Origin: Octopus vulgaris
Lineage: Eukaryota
Direction of reading: 5' to 3'
DNA length: 64,000 bases
Assembly: GCA_951406725.2 (NCBI GenBank)
Contig: OX597832.1
Span: 45,818,001-45,882,000 of the forward strand
Position 1 is the stretch's first letter; each line of letters opens with the position of its first letter. Positions 44,248-57,883 of this stretch are shown one piece after another. A model generated the notes under the pieces. The model made no database searches, was not told the origin of the DNA, and saw only the letters and a program-made list of their open reading frames with translations. The translations under genes and the position numbers were made by a program.

Positions 44248-44845
44248 TAAAGGAATACAAAAAATGGGACAATAACGCAAAATATACAGATAGCTAGATG
44301 ATACAAAAAAAACGGACAACTAAACAACCAGACAGATGATACAAAAGAGGGACAAGGAAAAACAGGGACTGGTCATTCGAAATTTCCCTTCAGTCGAGTT
44401 CCAGATTATCTTTGCAATTTCGGCTGCTTATACTCGAGATTGCTCCAATCTGGCCAACCCCGAAGACTAAGCTAAGAGCATTAGATTCCTTGGAAGAAAG
44501 CAGAGAATGTATGCGTAAACAAGGACGGATAAAACGGAGAAATTGTACACAAATACAAATGGAAATAACAGGACATAACATGTATAAGAGACCAAACTCT
44601 ACCTACGCCGCCATATGTATATTAAAAGGTATACAAATGTTGGGACAAGAACCCAAAACCTACAGACAGCTAGATGATACAAAAAAGGGACAACAAAATA
44701 TCCAGACAATTGATACAAAAGAGGGTCAAGAAAAACCACGGACGAGTCATTCGAAGTTCTCTTTCCTCGGTCGAGTTTCAGATTATCTTTGCAATTTCGG
44801 TTGCTTATACTCGGGATTGCTCCAATCTGGCTAGTTCCAAGGAGA
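44248..44845. repeat. Partial tandem duplication (~376-bp period) between (TA)n tracts; probable retroelement terminal repeat
   Basis: About 44250-44454 is repeated with divergence at about 44626-44831. Confidence 0.7.
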
Positions 44846-45937
44846 TTTTATATATATATTCATTCTTTAATTTTTCATTTGTTTCAGTCATTTGACTACG
44901 GCCATGCTGGAGTAACACATTTAGTTCAACAAATGCTTTCAAGGATGTTTCTTTGTTGATATATAGGGAAAATCTTCTCAGTTGATATAATGGTGAAATT
45001 GTAAAGTTTGGTAACTTTTTAGCTTAGCTGCACATATGTCTATCTGCTCACTGAGTTGTATTTGTTTCTATCTTTGGATTATTCGATCTTCCATTACAGT
45101 TTAGAAAAAGAGGAATGATTTCTTTATCTGTTCTTGTTAAATTTCTATTTCAATTAATTTTGAAAATAATGAAAAATTTAGTAAAATAACTGTGCAATTA
45201 TTAAGCTGGTACTTCGAACATTAATTAACAGGAAATGAAGAAAATTTATGATTTTGACAACTTTAAAAAATAAAATTTATATTTTAGCAACAGATGCGGT
45301 CTCAGGCGAGGTACTGTCAAGAAGTTTAAATTAGATAAAGTCATTCATTATATTATATCGCTTAAACATACAACAATGTTCATGGGTTTTTCCCATCAAT
45401 CATATGCCTGCCTGATAAGGCTGCCTTGGGTATTAAGAAAAACTAAGAGAAAAAGTAACGATAACACCATTTCTTTTGTATTTTACTGTATCTCTAGACA
45501 CAGTTATATTAAAATAGTTTCATCTCTAAGAAATAGTACGATGTATGAAATAATGTTCATATTTTTCATCAAAACCTGAGAATGGGTATTTCTATTATTA
45601 TTTGTAGAATTTAGGATGAAAAACAGCAAATTTCCAAAGTGAATGTAAATTATATTCTCTCTTAATAAGTGCTGTAGCAACAGTTGAACACCCTTGGATA
45701 AATGCATCATCAAACGCAGATCTATAAACTTAAATATCGCATATAGACTAGTATCACACGGATACACCGCAAAAGTAGTAAATGTGCCGTACTCGAAATA
45801 TAAATCCTGCGCAATTATGTACTTTTTGTCTATAAAATACGAAATGATACACATTGTACATTAAACAAATGATTTTCGAATGATTAAGCAATAAAATCAG
45901 TTACATTACTAATTTATATAAAAATCTGCTTCTGTTT

Positions 45938-46826
45938 CAGTGGTCTGATCAAGAAGTATCCGGGGTGTTGCTATAGTAACGGGGATAAAGCACGCAGAGT
46001 AAAGCTGCTTATCACATATTGATCTGGAACTCTACTGTGCATGTGCGCTAAGTTTTAATGCTCTAGCTCATATCCGCTGTTTACAGCAGTGCTCGGAAGA
46101 AAGGTGTGTCGCATTGAACATGACAGAGAAAGTTGAGCTGAGAAGCTGGTATCAAATTTTGCCAAAAGCTTGGCGTTGCCTGCTCAGAGTCCTACGCAAA
46201 GATTTCAAAACGTTTTCATCGTTCTAGACACAGTCAAACGGATCTTGTCCAACTGAAACCCGAGAGTCTTTTTGATCAGCTGAAAGCAGTTTTGGCACAA
46301 ACTTGGCAGACACGCGTCTCCTACTCAAATGTTCAGTGATAATGGACTGACCTGAACCGTAACTAATCTGCACATCCTCTGATAACTCGAGGATAATGAT
46401 TCGACGATTTCTCCTCACAGTTGCACACACATCTGCGATAGTTTTCTCAATTCTGCTGGTTGCGGGTCTCCGAGAACGTTCATCACTATCGACATTTTTT
46501 GGCCATCTTGAAAACGTCTGAACCACTCGTATACTTGTGTGCGGCTCATACACTCCTCTCCATACACTTTCTGAAACTTTGCGTAGGTCCCTGGGGCAGG
46601 TAACGCCATCACAACTTTTTCTGTCATGGCCAATGCGACGATCATACGCTACACACCTTCCTTCCAAGCACTGCTGTAAAGAGCGGCAGTGAGCTAGAAC
46701 GTTTAAGCTTAATGCGCATGCACAGTAGAGTCCAAGATCAGTCTCTGCCAAGCGGCTTTACTTTGTGCAGTGCAGTGTAGCTTCGTTACTATGGCGACAG
46801 TCTGCATACTTATTGATCATACCATG
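45938..46826 (-). mobile_element. Mariner-family transposon relic with long inverted ends
   Basis: Terminal TGGTCTGATCAAGAAGTATCC / GCATACTTATTGATCATACCATG|TA; about 260-bp imperfect inverted arms. Confidence 0.85.
46200..46627 (-). pseudogene. Frameshifted N-terminal half of a mariner transposase (DNA-binding HTH region to the WVPxxL-equivalent motif)
   Basis: Peptides QKVYGEECMSRTQVYEWFRRFQDG and DERSRRPATS...RRNRRI...ISYGSGQSIITEHL..RRVSAKFVPKLLSADQK. No DDD catalytic domain. Confidence 0.9.
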
Positions 46827-46848
46827 TATATTTATATATATATATATG

Positions 46849-46910
<62 letters not shown>

Positions 46911-47744
46911 ATCGATGGTCACGTCTTTGTTGTCTTTGATCATATGTCTGCGAGATAAAAGCCGCTTTGGTACTATAGACCATCAACAATAACAAAAATT
47001 AAGTGATGCTCTTAAAATATCATATCGCTTCTCCCACAATCATTTCTCTTGTATATTAAGAAATAGATCAATCAACGATAGCCGCTCTGCTCGCAAGATC
47101 TTTCGGCGATATTAGCCGTAATATTTATTTATCCATAACTGACGCCGAACCAGAAACCAGAACAGTTGGCTTTGTTTTAAATTAATAAAATAATTTGGTA
47201 AATTGCTGCTGTTTCAACTGGATTCGACGTTGTATCTCTACGTGCTATTATTCTTCATTTCTTAATGGATTTCACGACAGATTTAGTGAAAGTTTGTACA
47301 CTTCATTTCAATCAGAGATTTCCAATTTCCGTTCTTCAAGGTAACTTAAGCTCATAAGTTCTATGTCAACAATTCTAATAAAGTTGAACAGTTACACAGC
47401 GAGTATAACTTAGCACATGCACTAATTTTAATTATTTCAGCTTGAGAAACTATTTCTCTAATGATTTATTATTCAGGAGCTTGAGAGTGAATTTTGAATT
47501 ATTGAAATTGATTGATTGGTGGAGGTATGCTGCTTTTCAATTCTAGGTTATAATGAAATCTAATTATTGCTTGCTCTAAGTAAATGGGAACATGAATTCG
47601 ACTAATTATTTTCTTGTATTCGCATAGGAACGCTCCATGACTTTATAGCTTAGATTTTGTTTCTACGGGGAGAATGCCTTCGCAATTAAACCTTGCCACA
47701 TTATATGTAATGTGGCATTAAATTAACATTGATTTAAGGTTTTG

Positions 47745-48142
47745 GCACAAGGGCAGTAATACCGAGGGAGGGCCTGAGTTGGTTACATTGACCCTAGAGT
47801 TCAACTGGTATTTATTTTATGATATAATGCAAAGTTGACCTCGTGGCAACTAGAACTCAGCGAGTAAAGACGGACGAAATGTCACTAAGCATTTGGTCCG
47901 GCGTGCTAACTACTCCGCTATCTCACCGCTTTTAAATTTTGGCTGAAGGCCAGCAATTTTGTGGAAGAAGTGAATCGATTACATCGACCTCAGTAATCAA
48001 TTAGTTCTTATTTTATCGACCCAGAAAGAATAAGAGGGCAAAGTCGACCTTGGCAGAATTTGAACTGAGGACGTACTGACGGAAGAAATGCCTCTAAGCT
48101 TTTACCCCGGAGCGCTAATGATTCTGCCAACACGCAGCCTTT
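47745..48142 (-). mobile_element. Two old, diverged family-B SINE copies in tandem
   Basis: AAAGTCGACCTTGGCAGAATTTGAACT and CGGCGTGCTAAC motifs occur twice. Confidence 0.6.
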
Positions 48143-48569
48143 CGCGTCTAAAAGTATGGGCATTAGCACAGCTATTTACGTCAAGCAGATGGTGTCTATG
48201 AGGGATTAACATTTTCTTTTGATAATTTCTTTTTTTTTTCACATCTCTAATTCAATTAGGGATGTGAAATAAGCTTTGCTTAATGCATTTTAGGAACTTA
48301 GTTGTTGATACTATAAAATTAGTTTCAGCTACAATTGAGTAATATCGTCTTTCTCTTATCGCGGATGCATTTATAACGGACCGCTCAACACTGTTCGTAG
48401 AAAGAGGTTCTACTAGATTGTCTTCATACTGGAACCAGACCTGGTGTGACAAAACTTCAGTGTTCTTCTATGACCAAGTTCAGGATTCTGATGCAGGATA
48501 GTACAGCCACTGTGGGGCTTTAGTCACCCGGCTTGGTACACATACCAGTTACAGCTGTTAGATGATATC

Positions 48570-48985
48570 GCTGGCAGAAACGTTAGCACGCCGAGCGAAA
48601 TGCTTAGTGGTATTTCGTCTGCCGTTACGTTCTGAGTTCAAATTCCACCGAGGTCGACTTTGCCTTTCAACCTTTCGGGGTCGATTAAATAAGTACCATT
48701 TACGCACTGGGGTCGATATAATCGACTTTATCCGTTTGTCTGTCCTTGTTTGTCCCCTCTGTGTTTAGCCCCTTGTGGGTAATAAAGAAATAGGTATTTC
48801 GTCTGCCGTTATGTTCTGAGTTTAAATTCCACCGAGGTCGACTTTGCCTTTCATCTTTTCGGGGTCGATTGAATAAGTGCCAGTTACGCACTGGTGTCGA
48901 TATAATCGACTTTATCCGTTTGTCTGTCCTTGTTTGTCCTCTCTGTGTTTAGCCCCTTGTGGGTAGTAAAGAAATAGGTATTTCG
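48570..48985 (+). mobile_element. SINE family B dimer plus the start of a third unit
   Basis: Units at 48613 and 48797; ends ...AAGAAATAGGTATTTCG. Confidence 0.85.
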
Positions 48986-50369
48986 TTATCCTAAATTGCA
49001 GTTAAAATATTATTTGCTTGATACGTAAGAGACTAGTTGTTAGAAGTAAATATTTCATGATACTTGCGTTCTGATTTCCAGGACCCAACTTATTACGGGA
49101 AGGTGATCGGCATAAAATTAGGCCTTTTTTCCACCTGAAATCCGTAGACAAATACAGCGTCTCTTAAAATTATGTCAGTTATCAGCTCGGATTTATTTCT
49201 GATAGAAAATGATATGAAGGAAATAATTTCGAAACACATCTGCATTTTATTAGAAAAGAAATTCTTGTTATCTCATATTATTTCATAAAAATGCACAAAT
49301 GGGAATTCAAAAAACGTAGCGTTATTCACATATTACTTTCATTTTAAATGATATGTCGTTGCTAGGTACCAAATTGAAGCCGTAGTGTAGAAGCTTGAAA
49401 CTGGAGAGGGATTAAATTAGGGGCTATCGAACAATAATGGACGCGTATACATACATACGCAACTACATACACACATACACAGGCATACATATACATACAT
49501 ACACACGCAAGCATATACACACATACATATATGGCAGGTTTTTCACAGAGATTTCTTCCTCAGAATCCAATTCCCAATGCATGGCATTAACCTAAACGAT
49601 TTCTAGCAGATACTTATCCAAGAATGACAAGCAGTGGAATTGAGCTCAAAACGCCGGAATACTCAACCAAGCTGCGATGAGAACCGTTTTAACCACACAA
49701 CAATGCTTACGTCCATGACACAAAAAAACCCCAAAACAAACGAACAAACAAACAAATAAGGTAAGCAAAGCAAAAAAAATAGAAAACACAAATATCATTG
49801 AAAATCTCCGATAAATCACAAACCAATTTTGCTGACACAGCCAATAGATATGGAATATATCCACAAAGAATACACAAGATTGAATGCTGTGAATCTAAGA
49901 CAACTCATAATATTTTGTCGTATTAATCCATTCAAAAATACCGTATATACACAAAACCATCACTGGCGATGACAAGGTTCCATTTTGTATGAAAAGATGC
50001 AATTTTATTTTCGCTAAAAGATACATATTTTCCCCCTCGGTACTTATCGAATCTCCACGGCGATTATATTTTCCTCTTTGTATGTATTACTCGTATTGTT
50101 CGACGTTAAAATATATTTCTCTTACTGTGACATGCTTGTAAAGAAATATATGTCCACATAAGTAATTATTTGCTTAGTATGAAAGCCTCTTCTGTAACGT
50201 TTCTTATCTTCCTCCATCTCGTATGACAAAGCGTAAAGTATATGGCGAGGTATTTATTAATGCATATTGATGTGTAAATATATCAGTATTGATCTCTCTC
50301 TTTCTCTCTCCTACACACATACGCATACGAATACATTGTGGTGTATACATATATGTATATATATATACA

Positions 50370-50431
<62 letters not shown>

Positions 50432-50549
50432 TATATATATATACATGCATATATATACATATATACACATATGCACATATGTTCATATACGTGTGTATGC
50501 TTATATATATATATATATATATACGTATATATTATAGTTTATATAGTAT

Positions 50550-50580
<31 letters not shown>

Positions 50581-50719
50581 ATACACCCACTCACACACAT
50601 TTATACAAAGTTAGAGAGTGAGAGAGAGAGTTCCGAAGGAGAGCTATGTAGGTATTCACCTATGTATCTCTCCATGAGTCCCTTCTGTCTCTCTTTCTCT
50701 TTCTTTATTTCTGTATGGG

Positions 50720-50814
<95 letters not shown>

Positions 50815-50871
50815 TTATCTATGTATGTATGTATGTATGTATGTATGTATCTATCTATCTATCTATCTATG

Positions 50872-50924
<53 letters not shown>

Positions 50925-50970
50925 GTCTGTCTGTCTGTCTGTCTGTATATCTGTCTGTCCGTCTGTCTGT
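50720..50970. repeat. Compound (TCTA)n/(TATG)n/(TCTG)n microsatellite
   Basis: Directly visible. Confidence 0.95.
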
Positions 50971-51004
50971 CTCAATGTGTGTGTGTATATATAGATAGAT
51001 AAAT

Positions 51005-51059
<55 letters not shown>

Positions 51060-51694
51060 AGAGAAAGAGAGAGAGGGAAAGAGAGAGAGAGAGACAATGA
51101 TTATGACAAAAACAGGGAGGGTGGGCAGAAAAAATATGTGAGTGTGTGTGTGTGTGTGTGTTTATCACACACGTTTCGCGCACACGTTAAACACGCGAAT
51201 GCGCGTACATTACTTCTGAAAACCAAAAAAGCACTGGCCAAAAAATGAAGCTATTCAAGTTCTGTTTTTATTCCGCCATTATATCTACCAGCGAAGTAAC
51301 AATTTTCTGGTCCTAAATAGCATTGGAAATTTTTATTGTCTGCAAATGTCAAAATAATTTTCACAGAATGAAATGGTAATACGGTAATCCACGTCGAGAT
51401 TCGAAGCCTATAAATCAGTTTTACGTTGATATTGTGAAAAGGAGACAATGTTTCCAGTGTTGTATTTATGGTTTATTGTACGCTCGAAGATAATATGACG
51501 TCAGAATCGGGAGGGGTGGTGGTGGTAGTAAGAGGAGATGATGTTTCGCGGGATTTTGGATGGGATTCGTGCGTCAGCTGTATAGAATCTAACTGTATGC
51601 CGAATTCATAGAAGCAACAAGGCGGAGGACAAAGAACAGAAGAAATAAGGAGATGGAGGTATTAGCACTGCTGCTGCTACGGCATGCGCGATCA

Positions 51695-52215
51695 CAGCCA
51701 CCGCTGACATCTACCACCCTCATCGCTATCAACACTATCAATACCACCGAGATTGCAATCCCTGCTGTTACCACCAACGTTAGCACCAAAATAACTAAGC
51801 AACACAACAACTTCTACTGCTCTTACCACTAATAACATCTCCATAACCAATGACACCACCAGCGCCACCACAAGCACCGCTAACAGTGAAATGACAACAA
51901 TCGGAACGCCCACCACCACCACCACCACCACCACCACCAGCAACAACAACAGCAACAACAACACCACCGCCATCACTGCCGCCGCCGCCGCCGCCGCTAC
52001 CACTACCACCACTACCACACCACCACCAACACCTCCACCACCACCACCACTACCACCACTACCCCCCACCTCCACACACCCACCACTACCCTCCACCACC
52101 ACCACCTCCACCTCCAATGAAACACCGTCGTCACTGCCACCACCAATACAACCACTACCAACACCACTGTAACCACTGGAACTACCACCAGCGTTACCTT
52201 AAAAACCACCACTTC
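51695..52215. repeat. Degenerate (ACC)n/(AAC)n/(GCC)n trinucleotide low-complexity tract
   Basis: Directly visible; gives the poly-T/P/V ORFs. Confidence 0.85.
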
Positions 52216-52283
52216 CATTAACAGCGATAAAGAACGACAACAACACCCCCAATAGCAAAATTTATAAGGATGCCGATATTTTC

Positions 52284-52315
<32 letters not shown>

Positions 52316-53170
52316 GTGTATGTGTATTGTGTATGTGCATGTGAGTGTAAGAGAGAGGGCGGAGAGGGAAGGAGAGAAAGTGATTTGTCACTCCTCTCTT
52401 GAGGTCGTTGTTAGTAATATAAATATTTGGATTTCGCATTGTCTTTCTAAATTCAATGTAAATACTGTTTTGGCACGGAAGCAGATCGTTACATGCAATA
52501 ACCAAAGCATGATTTACATCTCGGGGTAAATGCACTCAATTTAGATTTCGTGTATGAATGTTTGTGACAAAAAAAATAGCGAGGTCACTGCCTAAAATTT
52601 GAGTTCCCTTGCAATATTTGAAAAGCTATTTCCTTAATCCTTTGATACCAGCCCGCATGAAACTGCCTTTGGTTCTCTGATATAAATTTATTTTGTAAAA
52701 TTATCGAAATTATAACCTTCCATAAAGATTTTGCGCTAATTCATGTTCCAAAAATCCAGCTTATTAAGGATTAAGTTATTTTTATTAAATTCTATGTAAT
52801 TTTCAATATCAATTGAAATAATTGCAATTTCAACAGAAATATAATAACAAACAGATCCACTATATTTCAAGATAAATATGATAACTTAAGACTTAAAAAC
52901 ATTTCTAGTTATATTTCATGCTGATATTATGTGCTGTTTGAAACGTTATCTTATGATTTTAAGGAAGATTTCGTTGTTATTTCTTGTAATTTGGCTGTCT
53001 GCATTGTGTCTCCTCAGAGGACAATTTGCCGAAATCTGAAACCCATTTTAGTATCCTCTTACAGAGTTTCATGCGTTAAAAATTTCGAATAATAAAATTT
53101 TCGTGTATTTTTATTATCCGTTATTTCTGTTGGAATAAACAAGAAAAAAGCAAACAAGTTGATACAAGAT

Positions 53171-53330
53171 TCTTTCTCTCTCCTTGTTTTTTTCTGTGTC
53201 CCTTTCTGTAGAAGAGTGTAGGCTCGAAACGTAAATTACTTTTTATATTCCTGAGCGTTATACTAATACATATGTTTGTTTTGTACACCACCTGTCTTCA
53301 TCTTTTTTTTTTTTCGTAAACTCTCCCTAT
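53171..53330 (+). mobile_element. Diverged family H1 copy with a hammerhead-like motif at 53202-53236
   Basis: CTTT-CTGTAGA-A-GAGT-GTAG-GCTC-GAAA-CG-TA-AA; downstream sequence matches the reverse complement of 14226-14350. Confidence 0.6.
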
Positions 53331-54916
53331 TATATGAGGGGAGACAATCATTCAAAGTTCATTGTTACGAAGACTATAATTGAACAGTGGAAGACAAGAT
53401 TTCTCTTTCCTGATTTCGAGCTCTTTCTAAGCAAATTTCAGGAATGAAGGAGATATTTTAGTTTCCTTAGAACGTGATACAGGTATCCCATTTTACCACA
53501 GATTCATTCATCACTAATGCCTCGTTCAATTGTGAACCGTGTTACGCTTAACACGTACTGATCTTTGACAACACGGAACGGCGATCAGTCAAAGATTCCG
53601 TCTGGGTCGCACAATCACGTTCCAACCACAATCTATTATACTCAGAACAATTTCGGTTATCGGAACGAAACTTAATTTCCATTTGTTAAGTTATTCATTT
53701 ACAGCTGATTCATTTAACACGGAGTGTTTTTTATAAAGCAAGCACTCATGATAAACAAGGATACGTCTATTGGTATAGATCCCTAACGCTGATGCATGCT
53801 TACCTCTATCTATACAAATGGCGCAGTCAAGGTGTATATAGTCTGTATACAGCCAAGAGGGAAGGAGTATGTATGTGTACACTGCTTCCGATGTATCAGT
53901 GTATAGTATACGAACGTGTATATAAATATCATTATTCCCTTAAGTATAAACACCTTGGAACATTGTATAGAGAATCTGTTAGAGTGACATCATACGTTAA
54001 GAAAAAATGATGTTTGAAGACACGTTAATTTATTCAGGCCAGTTATGTAAATGGGAAACATATATTTCATCTATCTACTCTGCTAGCTGCAGAATTTCCC
54101 TGGGGTGGACAATAGGAAGAGAGTTATCTAGACCCGTGAATTTAATAAACGTTTGATTCGTATTTCTGAGATTGTTAGCAAATGCAAGAGGAAGATGAAG
54201 AAAGCCAGAGTGGATAAAAGTCTTGAAGATAAAAAAAAAAAGCAAGAACCTATGCACTTGTTCGAATATATCAATGTATCGTTTTTGTACGCGTAACGCC
54301 ATTGCTTGCAAAGGGACATAACTGTTTGAACAAGATCTGCACAGGAGTTAATATTTTTTCTTTCAATTAATGTTACGCTAAGTGTAAAAAAATGTTTTAT
54401 ATGACACATTCTACCAGTGTCCGAAGTTTGAAAGTGCTTAGTTACAAAAAATTATTTTTTAAATCTTTCCCGTCAAAAGGTAAAGATCCGAGTATCATTC
54501 CATTTGAAATTAAACGATGACTGCATTCGTTGAAACACTCACCTGAACAACTTATTAAATGACACCGTACTCTGCGTCATATGTCAAAATATTACAACCT
54601 TAATCTCATTTTCATTTCTAATGTCGGGATAAAACAGGAATGTTATGCTTTCCATTTCATTCTTCATTCAAATGCAAACCATTTCTCCTTACAGAAGGAG
54701 AAAATAAGAAAAGAAAATTCGTGAAAGAAATTCCATAGATCTACTAAAAAAATCATTTATACTGTTAAATCTATTTCATCAACGACATGTTCATGATCAA
54801 GACTCCCTATACGTATACATCAAACACACACGCACACATACATACATCTACATAACAGCCCACTATTCTGCCTGTATATAAATATAAACTGTGGATATGG
54901 GGGTATGATTAACCTA

Positions 54917-55461
54917 CTACGTATATTTCCTATATAGTGATGGGGATGTTTCATTTATGAGGACGTACTCCTGTATTTGTCTGAGGGTTGGGTCCTTTGG
55001 GTGCTTGGATAAAATACGGATGTCAAGTTGACTCAAGTTGCCTCCATGTTGGTCCTTGGCGTATTGGTAGAGTGTGGAGGACAGTTTTTGTCGTCATATT
55101 GCCTCATATGTTCATTTAGTCTTTCCGCAACGCTCCTAGATGTTTCTCCTATGTATGTCATGTTCATGTCTTTACAAGCAACTTCTATGCACCTTATGCT
55201 ATAGACTACATTCCTGGTTCTACAGTTAATGCTACATACCACGCAGTTATCAGTGGTGCATATGGTATTCTCAAAGGGCTACGTCCTACATGGTTGTGAC
55301 CTGATGGAGTTTCCTGGCTTTTCAACGATCTTAATGTGGGGTTCGGGCTCCTTCAGAGCTTTCCTAAATCTACGGGCTAGTTCTTCATGGGCTGTGGCCT
55401 CTACAAACGTCACTCCTTGATATTTGTTGGTTTTGTACCACGTGTTCACCCTTTTGCTTTG
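54917..55461 (-). pseudogene. Penelope-like retroelement ORF, C-terminal part (linker, Cys-rich motif, GIY-YIG endonuclease), disabled
   Basis: Minus-strand translation: TWYKTNKYQGVTFVEATAHEELARRFR...IKIVEKPG...*PF..C....C..C..NCRTRNVVYSIRC...YIGETSRSVAERLNEH...(frameshift)...DPTLRQIQEYVLI. One in-frame stop. Confidence 0.85.
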
Positions 55462-56029
55462 TTACAATCTCTTTGTATTCATTAATACAGGAGTGTGAAA
55501 AAGATCGGGGTGTGTGTATGTGTGTGTATGTGGAAGCGCATTTATGTATGGTAGCATCTGTGTGGGAGTAACTGTGTCTGCATGCATGGTAGCATGTGTG
55601 CGTGTGATGATAAGTGTGTGTTGTGTGTGTGTGTATGCGGTATTAACTGTGCGTGTTTGTGTGAGCAATCTGTGTGCGTGTGTGTTAATGTCGCTCTGAG
55701 AGGTCAGCACCTATACTGACAGGTGTGCGAATAGGTGAGCGTGACCGTGTGTGTGAGTGTGTGTGTATGTGTGTGTGTTTTTGCATGTGTGCGTAGATTT
55801 AAGGGTCAATAGTAAGTCAGAGACAGTCTGAATGGTGTGTGAATGGGTGGGTATGACTTTGTGTGTTTGTCTTGGCATGTGTGCGTGGACGGTGTGGAAA
55901 TGTGTGTATATGTATGTGGAATATTTTTAACAAATTTTTTTCATAGTATTTGTCTGTTTTTTTTTCTAGCGGTTATAAAAACACCTGTTGCAATTTTCCT
56001 CCGATCCTCGACTACTCTAATGTAATACA

Positions 56030-56404
56030 TATTCCTTTACTGCCCACAAGGGGCTAAACACAGAGGGGACAAACAAGGACAGCCAAACGGATAAAGTCTA
56101 TTATATCGACCTCAGTGCGTAACTGGTACTTATTTAATCGACCTCGGCGGAATTTGAACTCAGAACGTAACGGCAGACAAAATACTTATTTCTTTACTAC
56201 CCACAGGGGGCTAAACACAGAGGGGACAAACAAGGACAGACAAACGGATTAAGTCGATTATATCGACCCCAGTATGTAACCGGTACTTATTTAATCGACC
56301 CCGAAATTCGACCTCGGAGGAATTTGAACTCAGAACGTAACGGCAGACGAAATGCGGCTACGCATTTCGCCCGGCGTGCTAACGTTTCTGCCAGCTCGCC
56401 GCCT
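56030..56404 (-). mobile_element. SINE family B dimer
   Basis: Reverse complement of the head plus two units, each with a small deletion. Confidence 0.85.
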
Positions 56405-57165
56405 TTACTCTATTCTAATGTAATACAATAATCAAGTATACACCGTACCTTACTACAAGTATTCTTCGCGTCTTGCTCATAGAAGACTAAATGTGCTGCC
56501 CGTAATATCTCCACTACGATCCTAGCTATTAACAATTACAATATTTCTTTAAGCGATTCACCACCAAGCTACAGCTGAACATGTTTACAATTTTATTTAC
56601 TTTATATTTCTGAATAAAATCCATTGTAATTATATTCAAATAAATTGTTCTGTTCAGAAAACAAAAAAACTCAAAACCAAAACAAAGCAGGCATGTCATT
56701 CGAAACACACATTTCTTTGGGTTTCAGCCAGTACTTACCGTTTTCCTAAACCTTTCCTCGGGCATTGTAGAAAATCTCAGCCTACCATCATCTATCAAGT
56801 TATTATATTTTTAGAAATAAATGATTTATTTTATCTTCTATTATTTTATAATATTCCATGTTGGTTTAATTTTCGATTATACATTTTCTTATATGTATGT
56901 ATTTATTTATTTATTTATTATTTAGATTTAATATCAGATAAATCATACAATAGCGTTTTTAAATATCCGAAAACATGTTTTCTTAGTATCCATATTGTAA
57001 CATTTTTGGTCGGTAACCAAATCAGAAAATCAAATACATAATAGAAAGAAGAAACTATTTGATAACTATGTTTACCTAAACTCTTATTTCATATTTCGTT
57101 CGAATCTGCGAGGTTTCTTTTACTCTCTGGCATCTTGCAAGTGAACAATCATAAAGTAACCAGTG

Positions 57166-57466
57166 TGAAGGCACGTGGCCTAGTGGCTAGAGCAGCGGAC
57201 TTGCGGTCGAGGGATCGTGGGTTCGAATCTCAGACCGGGCGATGTGTGTGTTTATGAGCGAAACACCAAAGCTCCACGCGGCTCCGGCAGAAGGTAATAG
57301 CGAACTTCTGCTGACTCTTTCGCCACAACTTTCTCTCACTCTTTCCTCCCGCGTCTTGCAGCTCACCTTCGACGGACCGGCGTCCTTGTCCAGGTGCGCA
57401 ACCTATACGCAAAGGAACGGGGAAACCGGCCCTTATGAGCCAGACGTGGCTGGAGAAGGAACAAAC
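57166..57466 (+). mobile_element. tRNA-derived SINE (head H1 + tail T2), full length with a 13-bp TSD
   Basis: A-box TGGCCTAGTGG, B-box GGTTCGAATC; TSD AAAGTAACCAGTG at 57153-57165 and 57467-57479. Confidence 0.9.
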
Positions 57467-57883
57467 AAAGTAACCAGTGCTCAATATGTAAACAATGAAG
57501 AGGTAGTATACTTAGAGCGTGGGAAAAATTACAATTGGTAATTTTTCCAGTTCTTGACCGTCTGAGTTCAAATATAAGCGAATCCATCATTGGCTTTTTA
57601 ACTTTCTGAGACCAATAAAAAAACTGTATCAGTCCAGTGTAGTACTTAAGTGGAATTTTAGAATGCTGGAGAAAAAAAGAATTGCGATAATTATTCCACC
57701 TATTTACGTTGTTTATTTATTCCCACTATTTACTATCTGCTCGTGTTGTATAGCGATCTGCGCTTTAAGATAGCTTCTTGTCAAAAGAGCAACAGAAAGC
57801 TACTTTTGTATTCTGCTACGAAAAACCCTGACAAATATATGGAACTTCAAGTAAGTCACTTTAAATATATCTTAACAATCATT

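Noticed and set aside
48252-48452. ORF containing PLSTNSVERS, reminiscent of a transposase C-terminal motif
   Set aside because: Single short motif with no TIRs or further similarity.
51589-52218. Thr/Pro-rich and hydrophobic ORFs suggesting a mucin or membrane protein
   Set aside because: Degenerate ACC/AAC/GCC repeat with no recognisable domain or supported exon boundaries.
52634-52855. Possible TTAA/piggyBac-like MITE remnant, with related pieces near 33900-34030 and 45140-45330
   Set aside because: Too degenerate to define both ends or a TSD by eye.
57166-57240. tRNA-like sequences here and at about 9575-9647, 15810-15886, 28790-28860 and 41770-41840
   Set aside because: They continue into SINE bodies, two have TSDs, and none forms a proper acceptor stem, so they are SINE heads and not tRNA genes.
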